DNA from: Antedon mediterranea
Taxonomy: Eukaryota > Animalia > Echinodermata
Direction: 5' to 3'
DNA length: 64,000 nucleotides
NCBI RefSeq assembly: GCF_964355755.1
Contig: NC_092670.1
Location: 29,252,388 to 29,316,387, forward strand
Shown: positions 24,076-38,242 of the stretch, one piece after another
Position numbering within the stretch: position 1 is the stretch's first letter
Layout: the number at the start of each line of letters is the position of its first letter
Translations under genes and position numbers: made by a program
Notes under the pieces: generated by a model
Databases searched by the model: none
Seen by the model: the letters and a program-made list of their open reading frames with translations, nothing else
Told to the model about the DNA's origin: nothing

Positions 24076-26546
24076 CAGTGGTGTACAGTATTTATAGTTA
24101 TATCCAATTGATATCGAACACACCTAGAACATACAGTACCATGAACATGCAAGTGGTGGTCCTTGCATACAATCAAACTGTTAAATGAAATTGCCAATAT
24201 TTATTCAGTATTTTATATCCAATAAAACTTGAACATACCATAAACATGCAAGAGGACTCAAGAATAGGAACATTTTACTATAGTACTGTATAATTCACCA
24301 AATTTCTAGGTGTTTGTTTGTCTGTCTGTCCGGGTTTATTCAGAGATTTGTTAATATGTTAGGGAGTCAACATTTTGTTCTGATCTTGAGGATAGGGTGA
24401 GTATGAATTAACATTTAATCCTACTGTAGTGATTAATAATGAAATGAAAATGATAATTTATCTCAGGGACATATAATTTTCCTTGCATAATTAGAGCTTT
24501 GAATTAATTTGTTGTTCAACTAGAGAAAATAACCTCCCTTAAGGTCAAGTACATACACTATTCAACAATGGAAATATTGCATGAAAATAATAAATAAAAA
24601 TAAAATACCATAACGTGTGCATGACGCGATTATAGTTGTATGGAACCAGTATGCGCACTTGATTATATGGATCAAACTGGTTGTTTTCAGTTCCAGTAAA
24701 AATAGAATATGGGCAACTGAAAAGTATATCTGACTGATGAGGTTGTATCATCAGTTTTATATGTTTTCTGTGGATAATTTCTCTGATGTTGACAGCAGCT
24801 GCAATGGATATATAAATGACCTCATTTGTAATAAACAAATAAAGAGACCTAATATGGATGACACTTGAATTTTATGATTGGCATAAATTGACAATAAGTA
24901 TACATTATAGGGGAAAAAAAATTATCCTACCATAAGAAAAAAAAGTTTGAAAAAAAAAACGTAAGAGTAAAGTACTTTCACTTTTGATTAAAACACATTG
25001 TTTCAGCGTCGTGCTAATTTACTTTTATTAGAGGTCACCATAACCGTTGCTGTCTGTAAATTTCTAAGAGTTGCGAAATGAATTTCCTATTTTCACCAGA
25101 AAAATAAAAGCATTTTGGTTCCTGGATGTAACATGATATTGACGCTACCTATACAGCGAGCTGGGCACGAACGATTTGTACAAATGACACCGCCATACAA
25201 CCGCGTTAGATCGCCGGCAGTCAGCAAGCATAAAGTGTAGGCCTATACGTTAAAAGTGGAACGCTGTGGTTACCTACAGTATGTGTGGCTAGTATAGTGT
25301 ATCATCATAGTACACTAATTGTGGTTACTGTGTAGTATACATTATAGCAACCGATTTTTCTCTAGGCCATCCACCCAACTGTATCAATACCTATTTAATT
25401 TATATATTTAATTTTCTCAACAAATTGATGTAAATAAATTCATTTTGCATTTTTTTGGGGCTTCCCATAGATGTATGTTCGCATTGAACTTGAATGCAAT
25501 CAAAACTAATACTGAGTGAATGAAATCAGCAAAAAAATGTTATCGTCCTTTAATTAGTCACGTGTGTTTATTAGAGGGAAAAAGTATGATCGTATATTGC
25601 TCATTGGTAGCAAGCTATAGTATACAAGGGTGTCTTTTCCTGTAAAATTAGAGCAGTGTCATTTATCATGAATTTTATGTGCGAGAGTACCATTTCTGGC
25701 TATCTGGGCGTCAGTTAACAAAGTTGGCTTCGGCCACAGGTCCTGTTGGCGGCGCCCTGGATAAGCACCTTTTGCCGCCATGTGCAAACGCTGATTTGCG
25801 CAAAGCGCCCTGTTGGGACGCTTATACTCAAAATAGGCCTATGGGAAAAATTTCACCCTTTAATAGGCTAGTACCTCAGTTTTCATATTTAAAATATTAA
25901 TAACATTTTTTAATACATTTATAATAATGTGAGAGTGCTATTTCCGACCATCTAGAGGTGTTATATTTTCAAAATCCTCTCAACTCAGCCACAACCATGA
26001 GTTGGTGGGGACTCTCTACAGTTGCGCGCCCCCCTTTCGCTAGCCCCTGAATAATAAATCTAAATTATCATTTTGATTATTAAAAAGTACTTTTAAGTAT
26101 TTATTTCTCATTTAAAACAGTGATTAGAATGTATGTATGTGTTGCCATAATTTCTTTAGTCTAGTCACATTGTGTATTTAGTAGGTTATAAGCCTAGTGA
26201 TAACAAATTACTTACCAAGTTTATTTCAACTACTAATACATTACATAAACAGCATTAATACATTTTTTTGGGTACATATCTTTTTACCTTTACCTTATAT
26301 ACATACATACTTTATGTATTTGTTTAATGAATTCCAATTTTATTATTGCCATTTTATATACACTAAACTGAGTAAAGAAATGAGAGTGAAAATTTGATTG
26401 TAATGTTCTATTGTGATTGTTCTTGGTTTGATTTGAAATTAAATAGTTGTCTAAAAAACATTGAAAAATAAGTTAATTAATTCCTCCAAACCATTAAAGT
26501 GTACTAGAGTTCATGAATTACTTATTTATAGAATAAAAATATGATT

Positions 26547-26617
26547 GTTTGATCAGGGAGTTTGATCTAATTAACAACTCTCTGGTTTGATCATGGAGAT
26601 TACCTCCATGGTTTGAT
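26547..26617. mobile_element. Two tandem P-like footprints sharing GTTTGAT duplications
   Basis: GTTTGAT + CAGGGAGTTTGATCTAATTAACAACTCTCTG + GTTTGAT + CATGGAGATTACCTCCATG + GTTTGAT. Confidence 0.85.
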
Positions 26618-27269
26618 GGCAATTCCAATTGAATAGCGCCCTCTACACTATCAATTTGTAAGCACTGCATTGCCCAACTTGGTCATCAATAATAGCTGAC
26701 AATCTAATATTATTATTCAGTTGGCATTTAAAGTTTTTTTAAATATATTTATAATGCATTATAAATTAAGTTATGTAAAACATTGGGGTATAAAATATTC
26801 TGGTTGGAGCGTTTGTGGTATCTCGCTTTAACAGAAAGTACTGTAGTATTAACATTTGTTGATTGTATACAATACCACATGTCCATTTTCCTGTTTAATA
26901 AATGATTGTGTACTTAATTGTTTATTTATCATAATAATGATAAATTATCAGACATATCTGATATGAAAATAGCATTCATAAAGCATTGTCATGGTCTATT
27001 GCCCTCTTTGATTAGGCCATTGTTTACAATGTCTGCCCAAGCACTTGGCTAACAACTGGGCTATTTGCTTTCGACACATACTTTGGGACTGTACTACAGC
27101 TAGTTAGACTTTCTAGCCACGTTAGTCAGAATTGAGCAGAAATTACATTACATTAACATCCGCAGTGTATTATTTGTCGATGGTACTATTTGGATTTTAT
27201 TAGTGCTGATTAGCTGTTTTATACTGTAAGTTAAATTATCTTTCTTTCTAATACAATTTAGATTGGATT

Positions 27270-28078
27270 AGGCCAAGTTGAGCCGCCGACAAGTTGAGCC
27301 GCCGCCAGAAAAACGTTATTTTGTATGAAACGCCAAATCCTAACTTTCGCCGGTGCTCGTTTCTATTTAATAATAGAAGTTCTATTTTTATTAGGGATAA
27401 CGATGTATATTCAAAAAGTTTATATAATCACGGTTTTTAGTATATTATTAAATTTTACAATTAAAGAAATAATTATGAAAATCTGACTTGTAGATTCCAA
27501 AATATAAGGCCTAAAACATCACCGAAAATGATCGTTTTTAGCCGAAACTGACGTAAACATGTTGCCCCCTCAGGCGGCAGGTATGAACTAGGCCTACTCC
27601 ATTTTTCGGAAAAATAATTACATAAAATCACCGTTTTTTAGTAAAATATTTTGTGTATTAACATTGTAAAATTCAATAAAATATGATATTAAAAGATAGT
27701 AAATACAAAATAATAATTATTTAACCTCATTCGAAGAATATCAATACTTTATAAGTCTTGAGAGACAACGTGATTTTACGTGGTAGGCCTACACGCGAGA
27801 TAAATATTATGGAGTGCACTGCATTTTTACCCTCTTGAAAAATTAAAAACAATTAAATTATTAAATATGACTACTTTCCTTTCCTTGTTATGGCGTTTCA
27901 AACCAACAAAATTGTAGTACAGTATGTAATTATATATTATACATTTTACAGTAAACCTAAAGACCATGAATAGGACACCACTCTAATCACTACGCGATAT
28001 GTCGTAAAAGACGCACGGGCGTTTCATAGAAATTACCGGCGACTCAACTTGTCGGCGGCCCAACCAGTCATATGCCTT
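27270..28078. mobile_element. MITE with GCCGCCGACAAGTTGAG subterminal inverted repeats
   Basis: GCCGCCGACAAGTTGAGCCGCCG (~27282) pairs with CGGCGACTCAACTTGTCGGCGGC (~28037). Diverged inverted internal copy at ~49010-49260. Confidence 0.6.
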
Positions 28079-28338
28079 TAGGTGCACACTTCTGTATGAG
28101 GCTGGGTTATCAATCTGCCACCTATTTTGGATTACAGATCATTTCCATCACATCTTGAATTGGCACACCAAATATGTCCATATTCTGCTACAAAAATAAT
28201 CAAGTGCACCATGCATGTACAGTATATAAAAATATGAAGGCTGAAAATGATTATGTCATCGTATGACATGAAGTCAATATGTCTAATATGGATAATAATA
28301 CATAGATGAAATTACAAGACCCATCTTTTAATCCAATT

Positions 28339-30334
28339 CAGTGTTCTCCCCAGGATTCACATCAAGCGTCACGCTTCCGCCCCCCTACAGGGGGAAGGGG
28401 GAATTCCGACCAACCAACTTTTTCCGCCGGTAAACATACGCGAAGAAACATTTTTTGCGTTCATTACGAACGTCAGGGGGAAGCCCCAATGAAAAAAAAA
28501 TAGGCCTAATCTAAGCCTACTCATCAGTAGGACAACTCTAGTTGGCCGGAAACGAAACTTTATAGCGCACTAGCAAACAGTAAAACCATCGTAGCATACT
28601 TTTTCCGCAAGTAAACATACGCGATAAAAATATGTTTGTTCGTTCAATTCAATACGAACGTCAAGGGGAATTCCTCGATGAAATAAAACTAGGCCTACTC
28701 ATGAGTAGGACAACTCTGTAGTAGTTGGCCGGAAAGACACTTCATAGCGCGCTACCAAACCGCACGATCGTAGCCTACTTTTTCCGCCGCCGGTAAACAT
28801 ACGCGATAAGAAACATTTTTTGCGTTCATTACGAACGTCAAGGGGAATTCCCCGATGAAATAAAAAATGCCTACTCATCAGTAGGACAACTCTGTAGTTG
28901 GCCGGAAAGGACACTTCATAGCGCGCTAGCAAACAGCCCGATCGTAGCCTTTTCCGCAGGTAAACATACGCGATAAATGAAAAAAAAAAAATGCCTACAC
29001 ATCAGGCAGTAGGCAACTGTAGTTAGCCGGAAACGACACCTTATAGCGCGTTAGCAAACATTAAAACGATCGTAGCCTACTTTTTTTTTCGCCGGCGGGT
29101 AAACATATGCGATAAAAAAACATTTTTTTCGGCAAGTCCCGATGAAATAAAACTAGGCCTACTCATCATTAGTAAGACACCTCTAGTTGCCCGGAAATAA
29201 GACTTCATAGCGCACTAGCAAATAGGAAAACGATTGTAGCCTTCTTCTTGAATGTATTATACGATCAAAGCAGCTAGCATTGAATTGCGCCTAGAAAATC
29301 AATCGCGCCTTTGTCATTTGATGATGTGCGTATGTTACCGACGAAAGAGTAAATCCCACCGATCCATAGAGAGTCAATTAATTCAATGTGATATTGAAAA
29401 TATCATTGATATTCAGTTTTTAATACACATAACATGTTTACAAGAAAAATCAATCAATCACAATCAATCATTGTTTTAACTGAAAACTTTATTTACAATA
29501 TACAAGTTACCACATTTTAGACGATTCAGACAACAGCCAATACTAGAGATCGATGGCAGTAACAAAAGGTGCTTACATCTCTCGGCGGCGGCCGGTGAAA
29601 GCACCATGTGACATACAGTATGCAGTACTGATATCACAATAGCATGTGACATCCCTTGTCACTCGACTTTCTCACGAAGTAGGGCCTAAAACATTCTAGC
29701 ACCGATGTACAAATGTTAAGTGAAATAAGACTTTAGCGCACTAGCAAATAGGAAAACGATCATAGCCTTCTTGAATGTATTGTATTATACTATCAAAGCA
29801 GCTAGCATTGAATTGCGCCTAGAAATCATTTGATGACGTGCGTATGTTACCGACGAAAGAGTAAATCCCACCGATAGAGTCGATTAATTCAGTGTGATAT
29901 TGAAAATAATAATATCATTGATATTTATTTTTAATACACATAACATTTTTACAAGAAAAACAATACAATCAATCATTTACTTTATTTACAATATACAAGT
30001 TACCACATTTTAGACAACAGCCAATACTAGAGATCGAAAGAGAGACATGGCAGTAACAAAACACGTGTTTACATCTCTCGGCGGCGGCCGGTGAAAGCGA
30101 GTCTCAGTTGTTTAACACTTTGTTACGCAGTCTTTTGTTTTTCGTCTAGTGGTCATGTCACGTGTCTCGTATGCATTAGGCTCTTTATGCATGCCGCGCC
30201 TCAGCTCTAGAAAAAGTACCGTACCTGCCTGTTAATCTATTTTTAGATTGTTGTTGTTGATATTTTTAAGCGTCACGGATAAGGTTTTAAGCGTCACGGT
30301 ACCGTGACGCTTCAAAGGCCTGGGGAGAACACTG
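28339..30334. mobile_element. Non-autonomous TIR element (hAT-like ends) with internal tandem repeats
   Basis: Perfect 16-bp TIR CAGTGTTCTCCCCAGG, flanked by AATT on both sides. About five ~170-bp repeats at 28400-29250 and a ~400-bp duplication (29185-29600 / 29720-30100). Confidence 0.85.
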
Positions 30335-30450
30335 AATTTGTGACACATGAAGATAGAAACTTCAAGATGACTGTCTGAGCTAGATCATATTAAACTTGGA
30401 AGGTAATTGTACATGTAGAAAAGAAATTTTAAATGCGATACATTTAATAA

Positions 30451-31192
30451 TTTTTAGTCGCGTGGAAGCGACTCTATAGTTCACTATGGCGGTCGGTCTG
30501 TCTGTCGGTCCGGTATCACTATGCGTTTTATTGCTTTTCTGTACTTTTTGAACTGTTTTGATGTCAACATGTGGGCATTTACGTGAAATTGTGCTATTGT
30601 GAATGACGTTAGAGTTGCGCAACGTGATTTACGCGCGATTTGACGATTTTCTCGTATTTAACATAGGTCAAAAACCAAAAAACATTTTAAATTGAAACTT
30701 TGCAAAAGATTAATTTATATCAGGCGCTAACTTTCTGTTGAAAAAAAATGTGTGTTTTACACAAAGTTACGCGCGCACGCGCATTTAAAATTTTAAAATG
30801 CGCAAAATTAATTTTTAATCCACTTTCTACGCGTTTCTTGTCATTTTGAGCATGTCAAAAATTTCCATACGCGCGCAAATTTTTACGCTCGCGGTGCGCA
30901 CGTAGTGTTAAATACATACTTTTTTCGCGTGATTTATGTTTTTGCAGCCTTTTCTAATAATTTTACCAACTTTTAAACAATTTCGACTTAAAATTACATC
31001 ATACGAGCACGTCAAATTGGATAATTTGCGCACGTTTTTGATGAAAAAGTTCAAAAATTCGTCAAAATTATGCCTTTTTAGTCGCGTGGACGCGACTCTA
31101 TAGTTCACTATGTCGGTCGGTCGGTCTGTCTGTCTGTCGGTCCGGTATCACTATGCATTGTAGCACGCGACTTAATGGATGTTGGCCTTGTT
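30451..31192 (+). mobile_element. Helentron-associated (DINE-1/HINE-like) elements, two tandem heads
   Basis: TTTTTAGTCGCGTGG(A)ACGCGACT stem-loop plus (GTCK)n microsatellite at 30451 and 31075; 3' CGCGACT...GGCCTTGTTT end. Confidence 0.7.
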
Positions 31193-34100
31193 TAATTTAA
31201 CTGGCCATATGATGATGTTATGACACCCGGAGACAAACATTTTTATATGAATTCATATCTACAATTCAAAAGCTTCCATAATAGATTGTAATCATGTGCG
31301 TAACTTTTCATTCCAAGGAGCTATAACTGTTAGTGTTAAAAAAATACTGTATAGATGAAATTAAGTAATTCACGTTATGATGACATAATACAAATTATGT
31401 GAAAGAGAATTGATTGAGAAAAAACAAATTAAAATCTAGGGGAAAAATCATAAAGCGTGATGCGCTCCATTAAATTTTGTGTGCAACATGCCATTTTTAC
31501 TCCATAGAAAGTTTTATTAAGTTTCATTAAAAAATATTTATTGGTTCTAAATTTAAGATCAGTTATATTTTAATTACTTTTTTGGGACACAGCCTTCAAT
31601 CAATAGTAAGATTTGGTAGGCCTGCGTAGATGAGTAAGTGCACGTTTTCTTCACAAATGGAATGTAAAGAACAGTAAAACAGTTATTTTTTGAGTAAATA
31701 AGATTTCAAGGTGTTAATTTAGGTAAATAGTGAACTTTTCAACCAATGTTTGATAGTCAGCTATTCCATAAAGAGATATATCTTGTTTATGCTAACTTAT
31801 TATTGGTCAATCGATTGATCTGAACAATGTTCATTTCTGAACGAATACATTTCATGTAATCACAATTACTTATTTTTTTTGGAAATTTATATTATGTTAT
31901 TTTGTGTGTGTTATTGATACATGGAAATGGGAACTTGGTACAATGAAAGGATGTACAGAACAGTAGGATATTGTAAGGCCTAAAATATGTTAAGATGAAT
32001 TTTGGAATTTTCATCTTTAACAAATTTATTTACTGTACCGTATGTAAACCACATTCAGGAGTACAGGATTGATTTTAAAAGTAGATCATACTGTATACTC
32101 AATACTTTTGAAGTAAGAGAAACATACTAGAATCTTTTTTTTCTTGTTTGAAGGTCTGTTCTATTGTACAATTAATCTTTTTAAATAAATCAGTACAGTA
32201 CACTTTAATATTTATTAGGATATATTCAAAGTCTGTGTTTCCATTTCTTATAATAGTGTAATGTTCTAACATTAGCATACTGGCTATTTATTACATCATG
32301 ATATGGGACTTTATTTAAGATCATGAGCCCATCACTCATGACAGATAATGCTGTACTTTTTATTTGTTTTCACTTTCCAGTGTCTTTGTTGTTATTGGGG
32401 TAAAGTGTGAAGTTCTTTCAGTTCTATTAAATAGCTTTGATTGGCTTTCAAGCATTTCCTGTTTGTTGTGTGATTGATTGAGTCTATAGGGTCTCTTTTA
32501 GATCTATGGATAAGTTCCTTGGAAATTACCCTCATTCATGAAATAATACCACTGTGTTCATTACTTGGTATAGGCATGGTTACTCCATAGGATATCTAAA
32601 CTGCTAGACTAAAAAGGGATAATATTTAAATGGTTACGGTAACAAATCCTTCATTTCTATAGAGGTATGACTGTTATTTAATTTATTCTTTTCATATTTA
32701 GGAAATTTGTTATTATTGTGGGATTGAGACTTTAAACCAATTGAATATTTATGTAATATACAGTATATTTATTAAATGCAGACGACATAGAACTACTACA
32801 GGTACAAATTAATAATATATTTCAAATTGAAGCGGTTCATATTTTGTTTTTCTTATTAAGCAATTTAAAAAAAATGTCGTTTTTTTTTATTTAAAATTAA
32901 TTTATAATTTAATTTATTTTTTATTGAATATATGTCATAAACACCTTACTAAACACCCCACCCTAGGTGGTGTAGCAGCAGGAAGTTTACAAAAGAGAAA
33001 CAAACTGAAGTTGTTATGGTTATTTATGATACTCTTGGTCAGGTGAACATCATGTGAAATGTATTAGCAACATCTCAGTTGCTTGTCCTAACTTTTCAGT
33101 GAAAATACCGGAGTCTGGCAAAAACAGAAAGACAATAATAAATGCAGCAACTACTGTATACTGTACAACGTCAGGCTAGGCCTATAGCTAGTGTACTATA
33201 AATATTTTTTAAGTAATATACTGTACTGTATATATGCATTATTTTTACAAAATGTCAAAAATTGTAGGGAATGGGTCTTTAACTATCATGGCTTTATGAC
33301 TTAAATTAAGTAAACAATTTGATTTGTTGGTGCCAAAGCAAAGAGCTCTACAGTATGACACCCACAATTGATAATCTCTTAACATTTTATTTTCATATGA
33401 TATTCTTTATAAAGTCATAATTTTATTTAAAAAAAAATTAAATTAGACCATAAAGAACAATAATTGTTTTTCCTACAAATTATATTGTACTGATGTATGT
33501 ACTGTTAATTCTTCAATCCAACTTTATACCAAGAAAACGAAGAAAAAAATAGCATTTTTATGGAAAATTAGATTTACCTGTAGATATGCAAATTTTCTAT
33601 GTATTTTTTATTAAAGATCAGTTAATTATGTGTTATTAATCAAGAATTTTGATAGAAAGCCAATTTTGGGAGTAATATTACATTATTTGGCATTCATTCT
33701 TATTCTTTATCTATCCTATAGCGGCTGTTCAAGCCATGTTTTAAACAACAATACAACTCTCTTGGAGTTTGTAGCCAACACTTCAGTGTTTGTTCACTCA
33801 ATTAAAAATTGTCGTCTATTCATTTTCTGTCAGAACAAATAATTCTCTTTTGGGTCAGTTAATCAGAACTTGTTGGTGTACAATGCATGACATCATGTTT
33901 TCTATTCTTTAGTGAATAAGCTAAAGGAATAATGACCTAAACCAGCATTCATTCTTTGACAAAACAGCCAAATATTGATTTGTTTTGGACACTAAAGCAT
34001 TATTTTACATATACAGTACAGCCTACAACCAAACTGCACACTGATTAGTGTACTTTAAGTTAAAATAGGATAAAAATTACATTGCATTTGGACATTTTTG

Positions 34101-34220
34101 TTGATTCACTTGGATTAAAATTTAATTCCAGATATTTATAAGGTAAATTTCTATGTTTTCATTTATGGTTGATTTTTATTGCCCATGTCACTTAAGTACT
34201 GTACAATTACAGTTCTTTAC

Positions 34221-34620
34221 AAAAGACACTACTGTAGACCTACGTTTTTTTGACATAATTTAAGGTCACACACTACATTTATGTAAAACATAAATACTAT
34301 GTGAAAAATAAGTCTATCCTATTTCTAATAATTTTAGCGGCCCACTATAAATCCCAACATGCATCATGCGCGGATTGATATTTTCATATTGTGGTGTGAT
34401 GCACCCACTTCGGTTGATCGCATGAAAGGGTAAACAAATAAAAGAACCGTAACTTTTCAGCTAAAATTTCAGGTTTTCCCCAATTTGTATTAACAAATTC
34501 TGCCAAAAACAATTCAGCAACGCGACAATGTCAGACTAGCCCTAGATAGTGTAAGGTGTTCATACGTTACGGCACTTTACCAGCTACAGTAAGCCTACAA
34601 AACTAAGCCTAAGCTAGGCC
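34221..34620 (+). mobile_element. Kolobok-like repeat fragment
   Basis: Homologous to the reverse complement of ~62690-63034, which ends in TTAA. Confidence 0.55.
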
Positions 34621-35138
34621 TAGAAACATCTACGAGAGAACTTTCGACGCGAGCTACTTAATGTAGGTACAGTAGTGCATTGTTTTTCTCTGTTTTCCAT
34701 AATTAACCCCAGAACGCACATATAATACAAAAAATGACCTGGTTAAATGTCTTTAAAGTTATATATTATATAAATCCAAAGGCAAAATACTGAAAAAATT
34801 ACAGTGGCTGGATCTCAATGGAAATTGAGCGAAAAGCGAAATCAAAAGGATAAAGTAAAACAGCCAGAAAAGTTAGCAGAGCTTTCAGGCAACACTAGCC
34901 CTTCATCAGTGCAAGTGTAAGGTTATATAAATAAGTTATATATATATGCATTATTTTTAGAAGGTCCGGTGTCTTTAAATATTGACAGCAGAATGTACAG
35001 TAAAGTATTTCACAACACTTTCCATATCCCAGTACTATTTGATCAATGTCAAGGTAGATGAAAGAGGATTTCCACATTTGTTGTACATCATTGAGTGGTT
35101 TAGTAGAAACTGGGCTACAGTAGACTATGGCTATGTAT

Positions 35139-37207
35139 GAGTGTTGACAAAGTGCGAGGCAGCGAGGCAAGCGAGGCATGCGCGGCATGCCAAATATTTG
35201 TGCGAGGCATCATTTTATCATTTCCAAAAGTGCGAGGCATGCGAGGCATATAGTTTACAATTTCAAAAAGGTGCGAGGCATATCTTAACGTGCTATTATG
35301 CTATATTATAGGCCTAATAATCAATCGATACAAGCGTATCTAAATAGATTCGTGTATACACTCATCATGTTGTTTATTTTTATGTAACGATTGTTTTTTC
35401 ATTCAAGTCATATCGTGTCAAATTTTACTTTTACAAAAGTGCCCAAACTACGGTTAAAAAATCTGAACGACAGTCTTCAACTTTCGATAAACAATAATTG
35501 TTATAGCGACACACTCATCAAATGACTGCAATGTTTGTTGGCATTTCGAGCGTGTTCACTCACATGTCTCTCGAACATAGCAGAGTGAAAATAATATTTT
35601 GTCACACCCCTGCGCCTAGATCCGGTAGACCCGAGAGATGGAAAATCCCTCTTTACTATTAGCAGGTAGCGGAATGATTCAGCCCTCAGCTCAGAGGATT
35701 GTGGTGCATTCCCCTACTATAGCACATGGTTTTAGCAGCAACGCACAGACTTCTCTCTGAGCGGCGTGCCAAAGACATTTTTGACATTCCATTCTCTAGG
35801 AACAACACGTGTACCTCTCTCGCAAATAAGGTGAACAGCGATTGCCAGGACAAGTTCAATAACTGGCGGTGAATAAAAGGTAACTGATATGCCGATCCAA
35901 TAACATGCCGCAAAGAAAAAAATTGCGACAGAATTCTGGAGCGCGTGTGAAAAAAGACTTACGTCCGACAATTGTAATACTAGGCCTAAAATTAAACTTT
36001 AGCTAATAATTTTTATTATGCTTAGCCCTAACCTAGATAAGAGGCCTATGTAGAAAATAATTTAATCAATTTTGATATAATAATAATTGGTGTAATATTT
36101 AATAATGATACACTATTCCTGTTTTAGTAAGCTAAGTATATTACGAACGATTTTTATTTATTGTTGTCCATGTACGTACTAATAAACGTGGCGCTAGTTT
36201 CCTTCGCTTGTATTTTTACTCCAAATTTGATAACTAACTTTATCGTGTGAATACCACACCTTAGAAGTATACCTCATGAGTACTTTAATGAAAGAATCAC
36301 ATAAAAAGTAACAAATAAATCCTTAAATTAATGATTTTACAGGCGTGTTTCTCGCACACTGTTCGCAAATTTCACTTATTCAATGTTCAATATTTTTGTT
36401 TCTATGGAGCGCCAAAAGAGCAACGATAATAGAGGACTAAAACTCAGTGGAATGCGTCAATTTCTCATGCATTTATTGGTGAAAAACACGTTTTATTTCA
36501 ATATATTTGTTAATTTGTCAATAAAAATGTTGTAATATGTTACTGCTGATACTGTTCTGTTTTCTTCAAAGAATAATAATCGATCCTAAATCAACATCAC
36601 TACCTAGTCTAGACCTAGGACATCCTACTAAGGATATTATGATGAATTTTTCTATTTTATTCTTTAAAAGGTTAACGAAACCGTGTACATTATCAACAGT
36701 AACATTTTTCCTTACTGACAGTGACAAAATCTATTGAAATTGTACTTGATTTTCACCAAATAATGCGTTAAATATAAATGGATTCCACAGAGTTTTTAGC
36801 CCTCTAATTAATTTTGCTCTTTTGGCGTTCCATAGAAACCAAAATATTGAACATTGAGTGTGCGAAATGCGAGAAAAACAACGTCTGTAAAATCACCAAT
36901 TTAATGGATTTATTGTTACTTTTATGTGATTTTTCTTCATTAAAGTAGGCCTACTAATTCTAAGCTGTGGTATTCAGGATAAAGTTGGTTAAAATACAAG
37001 GCAGGTGCAAACGGAAACTAGCCTAGCGGGCCTAGGCCTAGGCTACTTCAATTTCGGTGATTACCTGCCTTGCAATTTTGAGAAATGATAAAATGATGCC
37101 TCGCATTTTTTGATGATGGTAAAACGATGCCTCGCATAAATTTCTGACTTGCCTCGCATGCCTTCCCTGCCTCGCTTGCCTCGCTGCCTCGCACTTTGTT
37201 ACTACCC
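35139..37207. mobile_element. Mutator-like (MULE) non-autonomous element
   Basis: TIRs G(A/G)GT..T.ACAAAGTGCGAGGCAGCGAGGCAAGCGAGGCA with repeated GCGAGGCA; 9-bp TSD GCTATGTAT (35130-35138, 37208-37216). Confidence 0.92.
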
Positions 37208-38242
37208 GCTATGTATTGGTCAATTAGTTATCTGACCGCTAGGTATTTATTTAGTGAAGTACACCAGTGGAGAATGTTAGTGGTAATCCATCCAATTTAA
37301 ATCAATAAGTAATATAAGTCATGTACAAAGTGCAATAGTTGTGATAAAAACGTGTACATTTTATGATACACTGTATGTTTATGTCAATTTATTTCCACAT
37401 ACTGATGGTTTCATAAAAATGTGATATTTAAGATATAATATATATATTTTATAATATAGTACTGTCAAAAAGTTTATTTAGTTACTTTGATTCAATATAT
37501 TATTCATCATGTACTACTGTACAGTATAAACACAATATCTCTCATGATTTTCTTTAGAATATTTATTGTAGCACTGTACGACCAAATAAATGGGTAAAAG
37601 TTTGGAAATACTGAAGCCTACAGGGAATGAACTATGAACAATTAGGACTTTCCTTTCCTTTTGCAATTTTTTTTATTAACAACACACACATCATGCAAAG
37701 CACTTTTTTTAGGTTAAATTCCATTACCACACAAGTTTTAACATGCGATAAGGCCTTTCGTTTCAAGCGACTGCCAAGTGGGAAAATCTTTCATTTTTAC
37801 AATGATGTTTTTTATATGTGCTTTATTTTTCCTGTCTAAAAATTGATCTGATTACTTCTTTAAAGGGGGGAGACTTTCTTTTTTCTTAATTTTTGTTTGA
37901 ATAATTGTGCTTTCATACAATCTTTCACCTAATCTTAATTCTGTACGTGGATTATTTCAATAGTGATCTAATCTTTTTTAGATTTTAAAGGATTATCTAA
38001 ATACTTTAGATGAAGTTGGATAAGAAGTTGTTTTGTCTTGCAGGTGTTGATGTCAACACATTTGTGTTGATTGTTTTTTTCAAATAGCCTTACAGTATAT
38101 TTAAAGAGATTACATAAACTGTAGTTATTTTGTATAAGTGCATAGAGTAATCCATGGTAAGATTCAGAAAACAATTGAAATTATTTGGGTGTCTAGAAAA
38201 AAAAAAAGAAGAAAAAAGTTTTCTAGATTAAGAAATTCATAT

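Noticed and set aside
26547-26617. Mini-CRISPR
   Set aside because: Repeats are only 7 bp and the inserts are transposon TIR tips; TSD-plus-footprint explains it.
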